64,000 nucleotides of DNA from Burkholderiaceae bacterium (GTDB taxonomy: Bacteria; Pseudomonadota; Gammaproteobacteria; Burkholderiales; Burkholderiaceae), in the NCBI GenBank assembly GCA_947449305.1, contig CANFRA010000001.1, positions 6,422 to 70,421 of the forward strand. The letters are read 5' to 3'. Positions 20,860 through 29,960 of the stretch are shown here, in pieces (position 1 is the stretch's first letter; every line of letters starts with the position of its first letter). The notes beneath the pieces are model-generated. The model ran no database searches. It worked only from the letters and a program-made list of their open reading frames with translations, and was not told the origin of the DNA. A program made the translations under genes and the position numbers.

Positions 20860-22665
20860 TTAATTAGATCCCGGATAGATATCTGCCCAAGAGTGCATGG
20901 CTGTTTTGCAGGGCTGCCTCTTGGTGCTCATGGATCTTGCATTCTCAGCAGCAACACTGATTCCGCCAGTCAAAAGTCCTAAACCAATTGAGACAGCGCT
21001 ATTGACAACGCCCTCCTTATTAATCCCAGTCTTTGGATCCTGTAAGGTTCCCTCGAGCTGAACTAAGCTGCCTAAGTTAACGCCCGTGGTGATACCAGAT
21101 CTCTGGCGAGGATCAATCTTTAGATTAATCACTTCGGTATTCAGATTGAGGGTTCCTGATAAAGCAATGTCTAGCCTATCAGTCTCCACTCCAATTGAAT
21201 CCTTGATATTAACCATGCCATTACTCACAGGTAAATAGGCAACTGCACACTCTAAGATCGTTTGATTACTTTGTTTACGCATCGGATTTAAGGTATCCAT
21301 GATGGTGACAGCTAAATCGCCTGCAGCATTCAGCAGGTCGGAGTCGATGCGAGCGCTACCTACCGTCATTTGTGCTGCGCCATTTGCAGCTCCGACAATC
21401 TGATGCAAACTTTTTCCTCTGCCTGATAAATTCAAGGCAATTTGCGCGTCTCCCCCACTCATCTTGGCGCTTGAATTAGTGCTAACGAGCAATTGCTCTA
21501 GAGTAAAGCCCTTAGCAAATACTTTCATTGATACCGCAGGAACATTACTGCTTATCTGTGCAAGAGAAATTTGCGCTTGGGCCTGCCCTTTTCCTAACTC
21601 AAATTTCAGATCATTAATATCAATCTTGTCCTCTTTAAATGCAATGGTGCCACTAACATTCTTCAGGGGCGTCTGATTTGGTAGATTGAGTTCATCAATA
21701 TTAAGAGCAATACCTCCATTGGCGTTTGGTAACAAATTAAACGGCAATGGATGATCGCTAAAGAAATATTTACTTTGACTGTCGGAAGACTTCACCGCTA
21801 CTGTCGATTTCCCGGCTGAGGATGCGAGGGATGCAGCAGCTAGTGGAGCCAAATCAAATAATTTAGACTCGAGCTTGATATCGAATTGCGGCAATACTTT
21901 GGGTTCTTTGTCTATCTTTCCCTTGATGTCCAAGGACTTTCCATTGAGGGTCAACGTCAAATCTAGGTTTGTCTTTACGGGCGCTTGATCCCAATCAAGG
22001 ATAGCCTGGCGCAGCGAGCCCATATTGCCTTTAAGGCCTAGCTTGTAATTGGCGTATTGAAGATCAAGCAAGACGGCAGTCTTGCTGCCAGCAGCCATCA
22101 GAGAAAGCTTTGGTATCTCCATCAACCTGACTGGATTATTGCCATTCTGATAGCGAATACGTGCATCCGAAACCCGAATAGCTTGGATGGACACAAAAGC
22201 ACTGTCATCAGATGATGCTTGGGGAGAGGTGCTAGAAGTGCTTTTTGAATTGTCAGCGGTGACTGGTGCCGATAAATCCCAATTGTTTTGTCCTGTTGAA
22301 TTGGTCTGCAAATCAGCATCAAGTCCAACAAGATTCACGCTACTAATTTCTACACGCCCTAAAAAAAGAGGCAACAACTTCACATCGAGCTCAATATGCT
22401 TGAAAGCCAGCATCTGGGGTTGATTTGCCCATGATGCGTTACTTAAAGTAACTTGCTCTGCCTTAACTCCAATAGAAGGGAAGATGCTAAGGCGCACTGG
22501 TCCTGCAATTTGGAGATCTCGCCCTGTGGCATCTTTCACTGTGGAGCTTAGTAATTGAGTTAATTGCGTTGGGTTGATAGATGATGTGGCATACCAAGCC
22601 CCCTGTCCTCCCAGGGTTAAGATAGCCGCAAAGGTGATCAGTATGATTTTGAGAGTTTTAGTCAT
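20860..22665 (-). CDS. AsmA family protein
   Basis: N-terminal TM, TGR.L.I.G, L.N..W, G..NW motifs; beta-rich body. Confidence 0.82.
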   Translation of the reverse strand: MTKTLKIILITFAAILTLGGQGAWYATSSINPTQLTQLLSSTVKDATGRDLQIAGPVRLSIFPSIGVKAEQVTLSNASWANQPQMLAFKHIELDVKLLPLFLGRVEISSVNLVGLDADLQTNSTGQNNWDLSAPVTADNSKSTSSTSPQASSDDSAFVSIQAIRVSDARIRYQNGNNPVRLMEIPKLSLMAAGSKTAVLLDLQYANYKLGLKGNMGSLRQAILDWDQAPVKTNLDLTLTLNGKSLDIKGKIDKEPKVLPQFDIKLESKLFDLAPLAAASLASSAGKSTVAVKSSDSQSKYFFSDHPLPFNLLPNANGGIALNIDELNLPNQTPLKNVSGTIAFKEDKIDINDLKFELGKGQAQAQISLAQISSNVPAVSMKVFAKGFTLEQLLVSTNSSAKMSGGDAQIALNLSGRGKSLHQIVGAANGAAQMTVGSARIDSDLLNAAGDLAVTIMDTLNPMRKQSNQTILECAVAYLPVSNGMVNIKDSIGVETDRLDIALSGTLNLNTEVINLKIDPRQRSGITTGVNLGSLVQLEGTLQDPKTGINKEGVVNSAVSIGLGLLTGGISVAAENARSMSTKRQPCKTAMHSWADIYPGSN

Positions 22666-22820
22666 TGCAGATTCATTCTATATCGAGCCCATAGGGATGG
22701 TAAGCGCTACTTGTCATGAGCAGGACAAACCCCATATAGCCTTTATTAAAACTATCAGGAACTTGCAGTAATATCTATCAGTACGGAAGCACATTAACAG
22801 CAAAAGAAGGGTAATAAATC

Positions 22821-23639
22821 ATGGCTACAAAGAAATCTCCAGCAAAAAAGAAAGTAGCTACTAAGGCGGTAAAAAAAGCCCCTGCAAAGAAGGTTGTTAA
22901 GAAGGTGGCGACTAAGAAGCCAGCAACTCAGAAAACTGCTAAAAAGGTAGTAAAAAAAGTGGCGGCCAAGAAGTCTGTTGCTAAAAAACCAGCAGCAAAG
23001 AAGGTAGCTAAAAAAGCGGTCAAGAAAGTAGCAGCCAAATCCTCAAAAGTAGATCAATATGGTCTTGAGAAAGACGATGAGTTTTATGGTCTTTACTTTG
23101 CCAAATCTACCAGTAAAGGTCTAGTAGAAGTAAAGCCCTGCACATTCACATTGATGTACTGGTGGAAAGGTTTGCTAGGTTACCCTGACATGATCGAGAT
23201 TTCTAAAGGCAGCAACACTGCAATGTTGCAGTTTGAATCTACTTTTGGTGGTGGCGATTCTGGTGAGACAGAATTAACAGAACAAGACGTTCTCGATATT
23301 GACCACATCATTGAAGTAGACGAACAAGAAATGCTGATCTCCCTCTACTCCTATGTGCCTATTCCAGTTCCAGATAAATTGATTGGCGCACTAGGCTTAG
23401 CGATTCTGAATATCAATCCAGAAACACGCTATGGAAGCCTGGAGTTGTGCACTACCGAAAATGAAGAAGGCCAAACAGAGCACTTCTTACGCTATCGTGC
23501 AGCAACGTACTTACGTGGCATTAAATCTGGAAAAGTAGAAGCAATTGAGAGCATGGTTACCAATGGCTCTGAGTTCTTTGGACTTGCTTTAGATGCCATG
23601 TGCGTCAATAAGTCGATTAAGAAATGGTTGCTAAGCTAG
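22821..23639 (+). CDS. Protein with histone H1-like Lys/Ala-rich N-terminal repeats and a globular, possibly YbjN-like, C-terminal domain
   Basis: ~75 aa of KK(V/P)A(A/T)K repeats followed by an acidic ~195-aa domain. Confidence 0.7.
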   Translation: MATKKSPAKKKVATKAVKKAPAKKVVKKVATKKPATQKTAKKVVKKVAAKKSVAKKPAAKKVAKKAVKKVAAKSSKVDQYGLEKDDEFYGLYFAKSTSKGLVEVKPCTFTLMYWWKGLLGYPDMIEISKGSNTAMLQFESTFGGGDSGETELTEQDVLDIDHIIEVDEQEMLISLYSYVPIPVPDKLIGALGLAILNINPETRYGSLELCTTENEEGQTEHFLRYRAATYLRGIKSGKVEAIESMVTNGSEFFGLALDAMCVNKSIKKWLLS

Positions 23640-23666
23640 TTAAAGCAATTAGAGCTTCATCTGAAC

Positions 23667-23936
23667 TTATCGGCATAAGTAGATATAAGTCATCGGAAAA
23701 CGGTCATTGACCGTTTTCCTACTTTCAGCAGCCACAGCATTCTGCTTTCCTAGCTTCTTACATTCTGCAAGAGCCATTTCTTGAACCTCATTCTCTTTGG
23801 CGCCTTTTGGTGCATGGACCCCAATCGCACCATCTGATTGTTTGTATACCCCAAACTCACTGTCTGGAGTTCCACAGGAAAATAAAGCAAAAACAAGAAT
23901 GAGAGGTAGATAGGCAGTGGTTTTCATAGGGAACAT
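23667..23936 (-). CDS. Small lipoprotein
   Basis: Hydrophobic signal ending LFSC (lipobox-like); two further Cys. Confidence 0.65.
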   Translation of the reverse strand: MFPMKTTAYLPLILVFALFSCGTPDSEFGVYKQSDGAIGVHAPKGAKENEVQEMALAECKKLGKQNAVAAESRKTVNDRFPMTYIYLCR

Positions 23937-24061
23937 GGGTGATCGAGAATCAATTCATTCTATTCTAGAAGTAATTCTGATGATCTCAAATAATATAAAT
24001 ATATCTTTTTAAGATGTCTGTTTAGCTATCTATTGAGCTGCATAGCTGATAAATTGGACTG

Positions 24062-24418
24062 ATGTTTAGTAAAACTCATGAGTTAATGATTGGCAGTATT
24101 TTTGCCTTACGCGCTTGGACCAAAGATCACCTCCCAATAGAAAATTCTTTGATTGCCTATGATTTAATTCTTGTCTTGGCGATTAATAACTACGCTAAAA
24201 ATAATATCTCAATCAAAGAACTCTTTGCCTCAGTCCCCCACTCCTATACAGCTGTTCGTGGACACTATCTCAGGTTTGTCAATGACGGCTGGATTGAGCA
24301 CTATTTAGATGAATCTGATAAACGAATCAAGTATGTTCGTCCAACTGCTAAGCTTGTGAAGACAATGAATGATTACGCTTCAGCAGCCAATAAACTCTTG
24401 ATGAAAAACATTGACTAG
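24062..24418 (+). CDS. Winged-helix (MarR-like) DNA-binding protein
   Basis: ISIKEL...S.TAVR.H..RFV..GWI....D..DKR.K.V.PT pattern. Confidence 0.65.
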   Translation: MFSKTHELMIGSIFALRAWTKDHLPIENSLIAYDLILVLAINNYAKNNISIKELFASVPHSYTAVRGHYLRFVNDGWIEHYLDESDKRIKYVRPTAKLVKTMNDYASAANKLLMKNID

Positions 24419-24420
24419 TT

Positions 24421-24436
24421 TTGGCGGAGAGGGAGG
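24421..24436. repeat. att core, tRNA-distal copy
   Basis: TTGGCGGAGAGGGAGG, identical to 34225-34240. Confidence 0.9.
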
Positions 24437-24517
24437 CTTAGCCTTACTGTGTATGGCTTTGAACCCTATCGGACTATATTGGATGGCAATAGACAACGTA
24501 TCACATTGTTTTAAATA

Positions 24518-24544
24518 AAGAAATATTCATCACTTAAGTGATGA
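24518..24544. promoter_or_regulatory. Palindromic operator-like site upstream of int (copy 1)
   Basis: Perfect 18-bp palindrome TCATCACTTAAGTGATGA (24527-24544); 24/27 identical to 26479-26505. Confidence 0.65.
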
Positions 24545-24612
24545 GCGCCCTAAAAAGGCTTGAAGTCATACATTGGAATCTAAAGCGGTTTACCTCATTA
24601 CAGAGGCGAATC

Positions 24613-24633
24613 TTGGTAACAAACTTTGGTAAC
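24613..24633 (+). repeat. Putative integrase arm-type sites (TTGGTAAC x2)
   Basis: TTGGTAAC at 24613 and 24626, just before the int start; the same pair recurs at 30125/30137 and 34163/34175. Confidence 0.7.
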
Positions 24634-24647
24634 TAATGGAGTATTAA

Positions 24648-25856
24648 ATGACAATCAAGCTCGACTTTCAAACAGTCAAAAATCTAAAACAACCTGGCCG
24701 CTATACCGACGCATTGGTAAAAGGTCTGCACATCTGGGTAAAACCCAGCCTCAATAAGTATTGGATCTTTCGCTACACCCACCAAGGCAAGCAACATAAC
24801 ATCAGCCTGGGATCCTTTCCTGCCTTAACTATAGCTGAGGCCCGCATTAAGGCCCACCAAGCCCGGGATGAGCTTAATACAGGCACAAACCCAGTAGCAA
24901 CTAAAAATGCCTCTAAGGTACTCACACAGACTCCAAAAACTGAAAAGATACGCTTCAAAGAGTTCGCACATGCCTGCATCCAGACCAAGCGAGCTGAATG
25001 GACAAATCAGAAGCATGGGGACCAATGGGAATACACGCTAGAAGAGTTTGCCTACCCCGTCATTGGTGATAAACATCTTGATGAAATATCCATGGAAGAC
25101 ATACTCGAAATCCTAACGCCGATTTGGACCACCAAAACAGAAACAGCTTCAAGACTGCGCGGCCGACTCGAATGGATCCTCGCCTCAGCCACAACAAGGA
25201 AGTTACGCTCTGGAATAAACCCAGCCCTTTGGAGAGGCTTTTTACAAACCATCCTGCCAGCTCCTAATAAGATCAAAACCGTTGAACATCACAAAGCCCT
25301 TCCCTATCGCCAAGTGCCAGACTTAATAGCAGAGCTACGAAAGATGGACACAATGGGCGCCTTAGCTCTGGAGTTCACAATCTTAAATGCCTCAAGAACG
25401 GGCGAAGTCATTGGTGGATTAAGAAGTGAAATTCACGAAGATATTTGGATCATTCCAGGAAATCGAATGAAGGCCAAGAAGGAACATCGCGTACCACTTT
25501 GCCAAAGGTCTCTGGAAATACTGGCAATCGCGAAGGTCAAAGATGAAGACAGCCAATACTTATTCTCACGCAACGGAAAGGAGCTTAGCAATATGGCAAT
25601 GCCTATGGCACTTAGGAAATTTGATCTAGAAGCTACAGTTCACGGCTTTCGGTCGTCTTTCAGAGATTGGGTATCCGAGGAAACCGATCACCCTTCTGAG
25701 GTAGCTGAAATGGCGTTAGCTCATACCATAGCTAATACTGTAGAACGGGCATATAGAAGAAAAGATTTGCTTGAGAAACGTCGTTTGTTATTAAATGATT
25801 GGGAAACGTATTGCAATACAGTTAACCAAAATGTTCTTGAATTGAAGGCGGCCTAA
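24648..25856 (+). CDS. P4-like tyrosine integrase with N-terminal arm-binding domain
   Basis: PGRYTD...GL...V...K.W.FRY..LG.FP arm domain; catalytic SRTGE, RMK, HGFRSSFRDW, LAH, AY. Confidence 0.95.
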   Translation: MTIKLDFQTVKNLKQPGRYTDALVKGLHIWVKPSLNKYWIFRYTHQGKQHNISLGSFPALTIAEARIKAHQARDELNTGTNPVATKNASKVLTQTPKTEKIRFKEFAHACIQTKRAEWTNQKHGDQWEYTLEEFAYPVIGDKHLDEISMEDILEILTPIWTTKTETASRLRGRLEWILASATTRKLRSGINPALWRGFLQTILPAPNKIKTVEHHKALPYRQVPDLIAELRKMDTMGALALEFTILNASRTGEVIGGLRSEIHEDIWIIPGNRMKAKKEHRVPLCQRSLEILAIAKVKDEDSQYLFSRNGKELSNMAMPMALRKFDLEATVHGFRSSFRDWVSEETDHPSEVAEMALAHTIANTVERAYRRKDLLEKRRLLLNDWETYCNTVNQNVLELKAA

Positions 25857-25857
25857 A

Positions 25858-26487
25858 ATGAAAAAAGCTAAACCTCTGAATGATCAGTTAAAAGAACTCC
25901 TGAATACCAGGAAGGAGCCTATAAAGATCCTCACAGATGAAGATGGTCCTCTTCAACTCTTGCAGCAGGACGAGTATGTGGAAAAAAGAATGCTCGAGCT
26001 TGAAGTACTTCTCCTAAAAAAAAGTAAACCCGAATTGGCAAAGCAGTTAGCCAGCCTTCTTTTGGTTCAAGAGCTAGATAGCCAAATGGAAAAGTTTTAC
26101 GCTAAAGAGTTAAAATTTTTTCGAGACTATTTTTCAGATAGCCAAATAAGTCGAGTTCAAAAAAACAATAACAAACAAAAGGGGAAAGAAAAAACATACA
26201 AAAGTAATAATGACTGTCTCAAGCACTGCTATGTGGCCTTTGCGAAGACACTAGAGACTGCTGCGTGCCCAAATGACTACCCAGCTTACAAAAGATTTTT
26301 ACTAAAACTCCACCCGTTCCCACCTTTTATTCCAAAGCCTAGATTAACAAAACAAGAAAAGCAGAAGTCAAAAAAAATTCAAAATGAAGATAGGGATTTA
26401 AAAACTAGATCTACATGGAGTGACCCGACAGTTAGGGCAGCCTTCAAGAAATTTAGTGGTGTTATACCAACAACATTGAAGAAATAA
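25858..26487 (+). CDS. Hypothetical Lys-rich island protein co-transcribed with int
   Basis: 209-aa ORF starting 1 nt after the int stop; no recognised family. Confidence 0.65.
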   Translation: MKKAKPLNDQLKELLNTRKEPIKILTDEDGPLQLLQQDEYVEKRMLELEVLLLKKSKPELAKQLASLLLVQELDSQMEKFYAKELKFFRDYFSDSQISRVQKNNNKQKGKEKTYKSNNDCLKHCYVAFAKTLETAACPNDYPAYKRFLLKLHPFPPFIPKPRLTKQEKQKSKKIQNEDRDLKTRSTWSDPTVRAAFKKFSGVIPTTLKK

Positions 26488-26505
26488 TTATCACTTAAGT
26501 AATGA
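26479..26505. promoter_or_regulatory. Operator-like site upstream of alpA (copy 2)
   Basis: AAGAAATAATTATCACTTAAGTAATGA, 24/27 match to 24518-24544. Confidence 0.6.
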
Positions 26506-26569
26506 CAGAGATAGCGAAGCTCTGAGCTCGAAACTCCATCTATGTTCAACCAAACAGGAGTAAACATAG

Positions 26570-26776
26570 ATGGAATCAAGTATCAAACTACTGCGCATTG
26601 GCGACGTAGCAAATAAAACAACCCTCGCTAAAAGTACCCTCTGGATCAAGATATCCAAAGGGCAATTTCCAAAGCCAATTAAGATTTCACCCGCTATCAG
26701 CGTCTGGAAAGAATCTGATGTGGATGCTTGGATTGAAAGTTTTTACAACCAAACCTTGGTAGAGGAGGCTGTATGA
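26570..26776 (+). CDS. alpA: AlpA family regulator/excisionase
   Basis: LLRI.DV..KT.LAKSTLW..I..G.FPKPIKI....S.W..S.V..WI; AGGAG RBS. Confidence 0.92.
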   Translation: MESSIKLLRIGDVANKTTLAKSTLWIKISKGQFPKPIKISPAISVWKESDVDAWIESFYNQTLVEEAV

Positions 26777-29070
26777 ACTTAGATCTGATGCCACAAGAGC
26801 TTCGAGCAATTAACAACTGGGTTCTGGTGAAGTTGGTCCCAAGAAATGATGGCAAATATGATAAGGTGCCAGTAGGTACTCATTTTGGCCAAGTTCATGA
26901 CTTAGCATGGAGTAAGCCCTCAAATCGCTCGCCCTTTGAAACGGTCAAGGCGCTACTACAAAAGGAGTTGGCACTAACCCCTTCTGAGCGACGTTTTCAT
27001 GGCGTAGGCTTCGTTTTAAACGATACCGACTATATGTGCGTTGACCTAGATAAGGCGTTCATTGGCGACTCTTTAAAGCCCTTTGCCAAGGATATTCTTG
27101 CTAGCCTTCACGGCTTTGTTGAAAAGTCAGTTAGCCAGACTGGCTTACACATATTCATCAAAAAACATGGCTGGGATCTTGGCACTAAACGGGGTAAATT
27201 TACCGATGACTCAGGCATTGACATCCTTTGCGGTGGAACTTTTGTCATGGTTACGGGGGATACCATTGATGATGCTAGTTACACCATTAGCGAAACTCAA
27301 GACTTTTCCGAGCTGCATAAGTGGCGTGAATTGCTCAATGGCTCTGATAACGCTAACACCTTCATAAACCAAGAGATTCCTTTTGACCACAATCTTCCTG
27401 TGGCCGGGTGGAATGTAGAGCGCATTAGGTCTGAAATTCTGCCAAGGCTAAAGGATTTTGAAGATCGAGACAATTGGCGCGATGTCTGCTTTGCCCTACA
27501 CCACCAAACTGGTGGCAGTGACGAAGGTCTGGAGCTTTTTCATGAGTACAGTCAGCGCATTCCAGAAATGTACGACCCCAATGAAGTGGATGCCCTGTGG
27601 AAAAGCACTAAGCTCAACCCTAATCGCCTCAATAAAACGTTTAGATGGCTGTTATATCTTGTGCGCCAGCAAATTACCGAAAGCGCTAGTCACATTATGG
27701 GTGACCTAGATAACGCTCGCTACTTTAGGTCTATGTTTGAAGGTGAGTTTTTATTCTGTCACTCTAATCGCAAATGGCTGCGTTTTACAGGTATGCGATG
27801 GGAATGGTGCCAAAAAGATGAACAGATTGGCGCTGCCAAATTAGTTGCAGAGCAAATAATGGATAAGGCTGGCGAGCTCTTTAAGTTAGACCCCAATGGC
27901 CCACAATCAAAAGCATGGCAGTCACATGCAAAAGCGATTCGCAGCAACGGCCGGATCATTGCCATGCTGGAGTTAGCTACTAGCGAACCAGGGATGGGAA
28001 TTGCCAATATTAGCGACTTAGATAGTCAGCCAATGCTGCTGGGTGTTCGAAATGGTGTATTTGACCTAAAAAACATGCAACTACTACCCGCCGATCCAAA
28101 GCTACTAATTAGCAGGCAAGTTGATGCTGATTACAACCCCGCGGCTACCTGCCCTCTTTGGCTCAAGTTCCTCAATGAAATCTTTGTAAGCGATCAAGAT
28201 GTGATTGACTACGTTCAAAAAGCACTGGGTTACTCCTTAACGGGCGATGTATCAGAAGAGCTGCTTCACTTCTGTTATGGGCACGGGAAAAATGGTAAAT
28301 CGGTGATGGCCAATGTCATTGTGAAGATCATGGGTGACTATGTTCAAACCGCCAACTTTGATTTGCTAGCGCTCAAGGAGTCAGGTGCCACCAATGATGT
28401 GGCTCGCTTAGCTGGCGCAAGAATGGTGATGGCTAATGAGACTAGAGAGAATCAACGCCTGGATGATCAAAAGCTCAAGGCATTGGTTTCAACCGAAAAG
28501 ATTACTGCGCGCTTTATGTACGCCGAGTTTTTTGAGTTTTGGCCCCAGTTCAAGATTTGGCTTCGGGGTAACTACAAACCAATCATCACCGATAGTAGTA
28601 ACGGTGCGTGGCGCCGAATGCGACTAATCCCATTTGAGTATCAAGTGCCTAATGACAAAGCTGATCACAAACTAGAAGAAAAGCTTCTGGCTGAAAAGGA
28701 AGGTATTTTGGCTTGGATGGTTGATGGCTGCTATCGCTGGCAACAAGAACGTCTATTGGCCCCTGACACCATCAAAAATGCCAGCCGTGTCTACCAAGAG
28801 GAATCAGACATGCTTGGTGAGTTCCTAGAAGACTGTTGTGAGGTTGGTGCTGGCAAATCTGAAAGTCAGAAGTCTGTATTTGGCACTTATCAAATATGGG
28901 CCCGAAATAATGGCACACATCCAGCCACTCAGAAGTCATTCACACGTCAATTAGGCAGCCGTGGAGTCGATACAAAGCGAATAAAGACCCAGGGTGACAC
29001 TAAACGCTTTTATATCGGCCTAGCGCTCAATGAAGTAGCACAGAAAGAATGGAAGCAGTTTGATTTTTAG
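26773..29070 (+). CDS. Phage/plasmid P4-family primase-helicase (AEP Prim-Pol, PriCT-2, D5_N, SF3 helicase)
   Basis: AEP motifs CVDLD and EKSVSQTGLH; PriCT-2-like DRDNWRDVCFALH; Walker A GHGKNGKS; Walker B MVMANE; GNYKP, WRRM. Confidence 0.9.
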   Translation: MNLDLMPQELRAINNWVLVKLVPRNDGKYDKVPVGTHFGQVHDLAWSKPSNRSPFETVKALLQKELALTPSERRFHGVGFVLNDTDYMCVDLDKAFIGDSLKPFAKDILASLHGFVEKSVSQTGLHIFIKKHGWDLGTKRGKFTDDSGIDILCGGTFVMVTGDTIDDASYTISETQDFSELHKWRELLNGSDNANTFINQEIPFDHNLPVAGWNVERIRSEILPRLKDFEDRDNWRDVCFALHHQTGGSDEGLELFHEYSQRIPEMYDPNEVDALWKSTKLNPNRLNKTFRWLLYLVRQQITESASHIMGDLDNARYFRSMFEGEFLFCHSNRKWLRFTGMRWEWCQKDEQIGAAKLVAEQIMDKAGELFKLDPNGPQSKAWQSHAKAIRSNGRIIAMLELATSEPGMGIANISDLDSQPMLLGVRNGVFDLKNMQLLPADPKLLISRQVDADYNPAATCPLWLKFLNEIFVSDQDVIDYVQKALGYSLTGDVSEELLHFCYGHGKNGKSVMANVIVKIMGDYVQTANFDLLALKESGATNDVARLAGARMVMANETRENQRLDDQKLKALVSTEKITARFMYAEFFEFWPQFKIWLRGNYKPIITDSSNGAWRRMRLIPFEYQVPNDKADHKLEEKLLAEKEGILAWMVDGCYRWQQERLLAPDTIKNASRVYQEESDMLGEFLEDCCEVGAGKSESQKSVFGTYQIWARNNGTHPATQKSFTRQLGSRGVDTKRIKTQGDTKRFYIGLALNEVAQKEWKQFDF

Positions 29071-29086
29071 TCACGAAAAGTCTGGC

Positions 29087-29191
29087 GGTGACGATAGTGA
29101 CGATATAAGACCCAATTCCCAAAAGCTCTCTAAGTATTTTTCTTATAAGAGACTTTTAGGAAACAACCCTTATTTCGACACCATCGACACC
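29087..29191. repeat. Putative replication origin: inverted iteron pairs around an AT-rich imperfect palindrome
   Basis: GGTGACGATAGTGACGA (29087-29103) matches the reverse complement of TCGACACCATCGACACC (29175-29191) at 14/17; immediately after the primase stop. Confidence 0.6.
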
Positions 29192-29222
29192 AAAAAAAAT
29201 CTAAATAAATAAGGAAATAAAA

Positions 29223-29489
29223 ATGTCATACCTAGATTACGAATTACTCAGAAAACTCGTCAACGTCAAGCCAAATGAACTAGAGGAACCTCTTCGCTCC
29301 ATGGTTCATCTCACGATTATCATCACTATTCATTCCAATAAATGGCAAGAGAAATTTCAGCCTGAGGAGGATACGTGGATTAGAGGCTACTGCGATGCTT
29401 TAAACACTCTATCTAAACGTTTTTTAGATGCAAGGCTAAATGATGACTACTTAACAATAGGCATCGATGAAGACAAAGCTTTCTTCTAA
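29223..29489 (+). CDS. Hypothetical island protein (88 aa)
   Basis: AAGGA RBS, same strand as primase; no recognised motif. Confidence 0.6.
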   Translation: MSYLDYELLRKLVNVKPNELEEPLRSMVHLTIIITIHSNKWQEKFQPEEDTWIRGYCDALNTLSKRFLDARLNDDYLTIGIDEDKAFF

Positions 29490-29681
29490 TTGCTTACGCG
29501 TGCGAGGGTCTGGACTTGGTCTTTGGCCATATTTCCACACCCTTGTACCAATTGTTCACAACTAGGCACACAGCTAACCCAACAATGTTCTCAAAAGTTG
29601 ATTGGGTTAGCCGCCCGTTATTTAAAAACAAAAAATTGGTAAAAAAAATTACTGTCAAAAAACACTTAAAAAGGTAGAAAA

Positions 29682-29960
29682 ATGATTCAGAAACGTACTA
29701 AAAAACGCAACAAACTCACGACAAATGCAGAAATTGCAGAGCTTGCTTACGTATTACACATATCAGCAAACCGACTCAGGCTAACAATCTCTCAAATCAA
29801 CATGCCCGCTGCTTATCGACTACAAATCGCTAGGCACGTGCAGTGGATGCTGAACCAAGCAAAATCTTTGGGTGAACAGTTAAATGCGCCACAACCAAAC
29901 GCCTTTACGACAAAAGAGGCAACAGAGCGCATTTGTGAACAACTTGGTGTGTTTGATTAA
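29682..29960 (+). CDS. Hypothetical island protein (92 aa)
   Basis: AAGG RBS; basic N-terminus, helical; no recognised motif. Confidence 0.55.
   Translation: MIQKRTKKRNKLTTNAEIAELAYVLHISANRLRLTISQINMPAAYRLQIARHVQWMLNQAKSLGEQLNAPQPNAFTTKEATERICEQLGVFD

Noticed and set aside
22830-23045. Repetitive DNA that might be a CRISPR array or VNTR
   Set aside because: Degenerate codon-level repeats encoding the Lys/Ala tail; no constant repeat-spacer structure. No CRISPR array or cas gene was seen in the window
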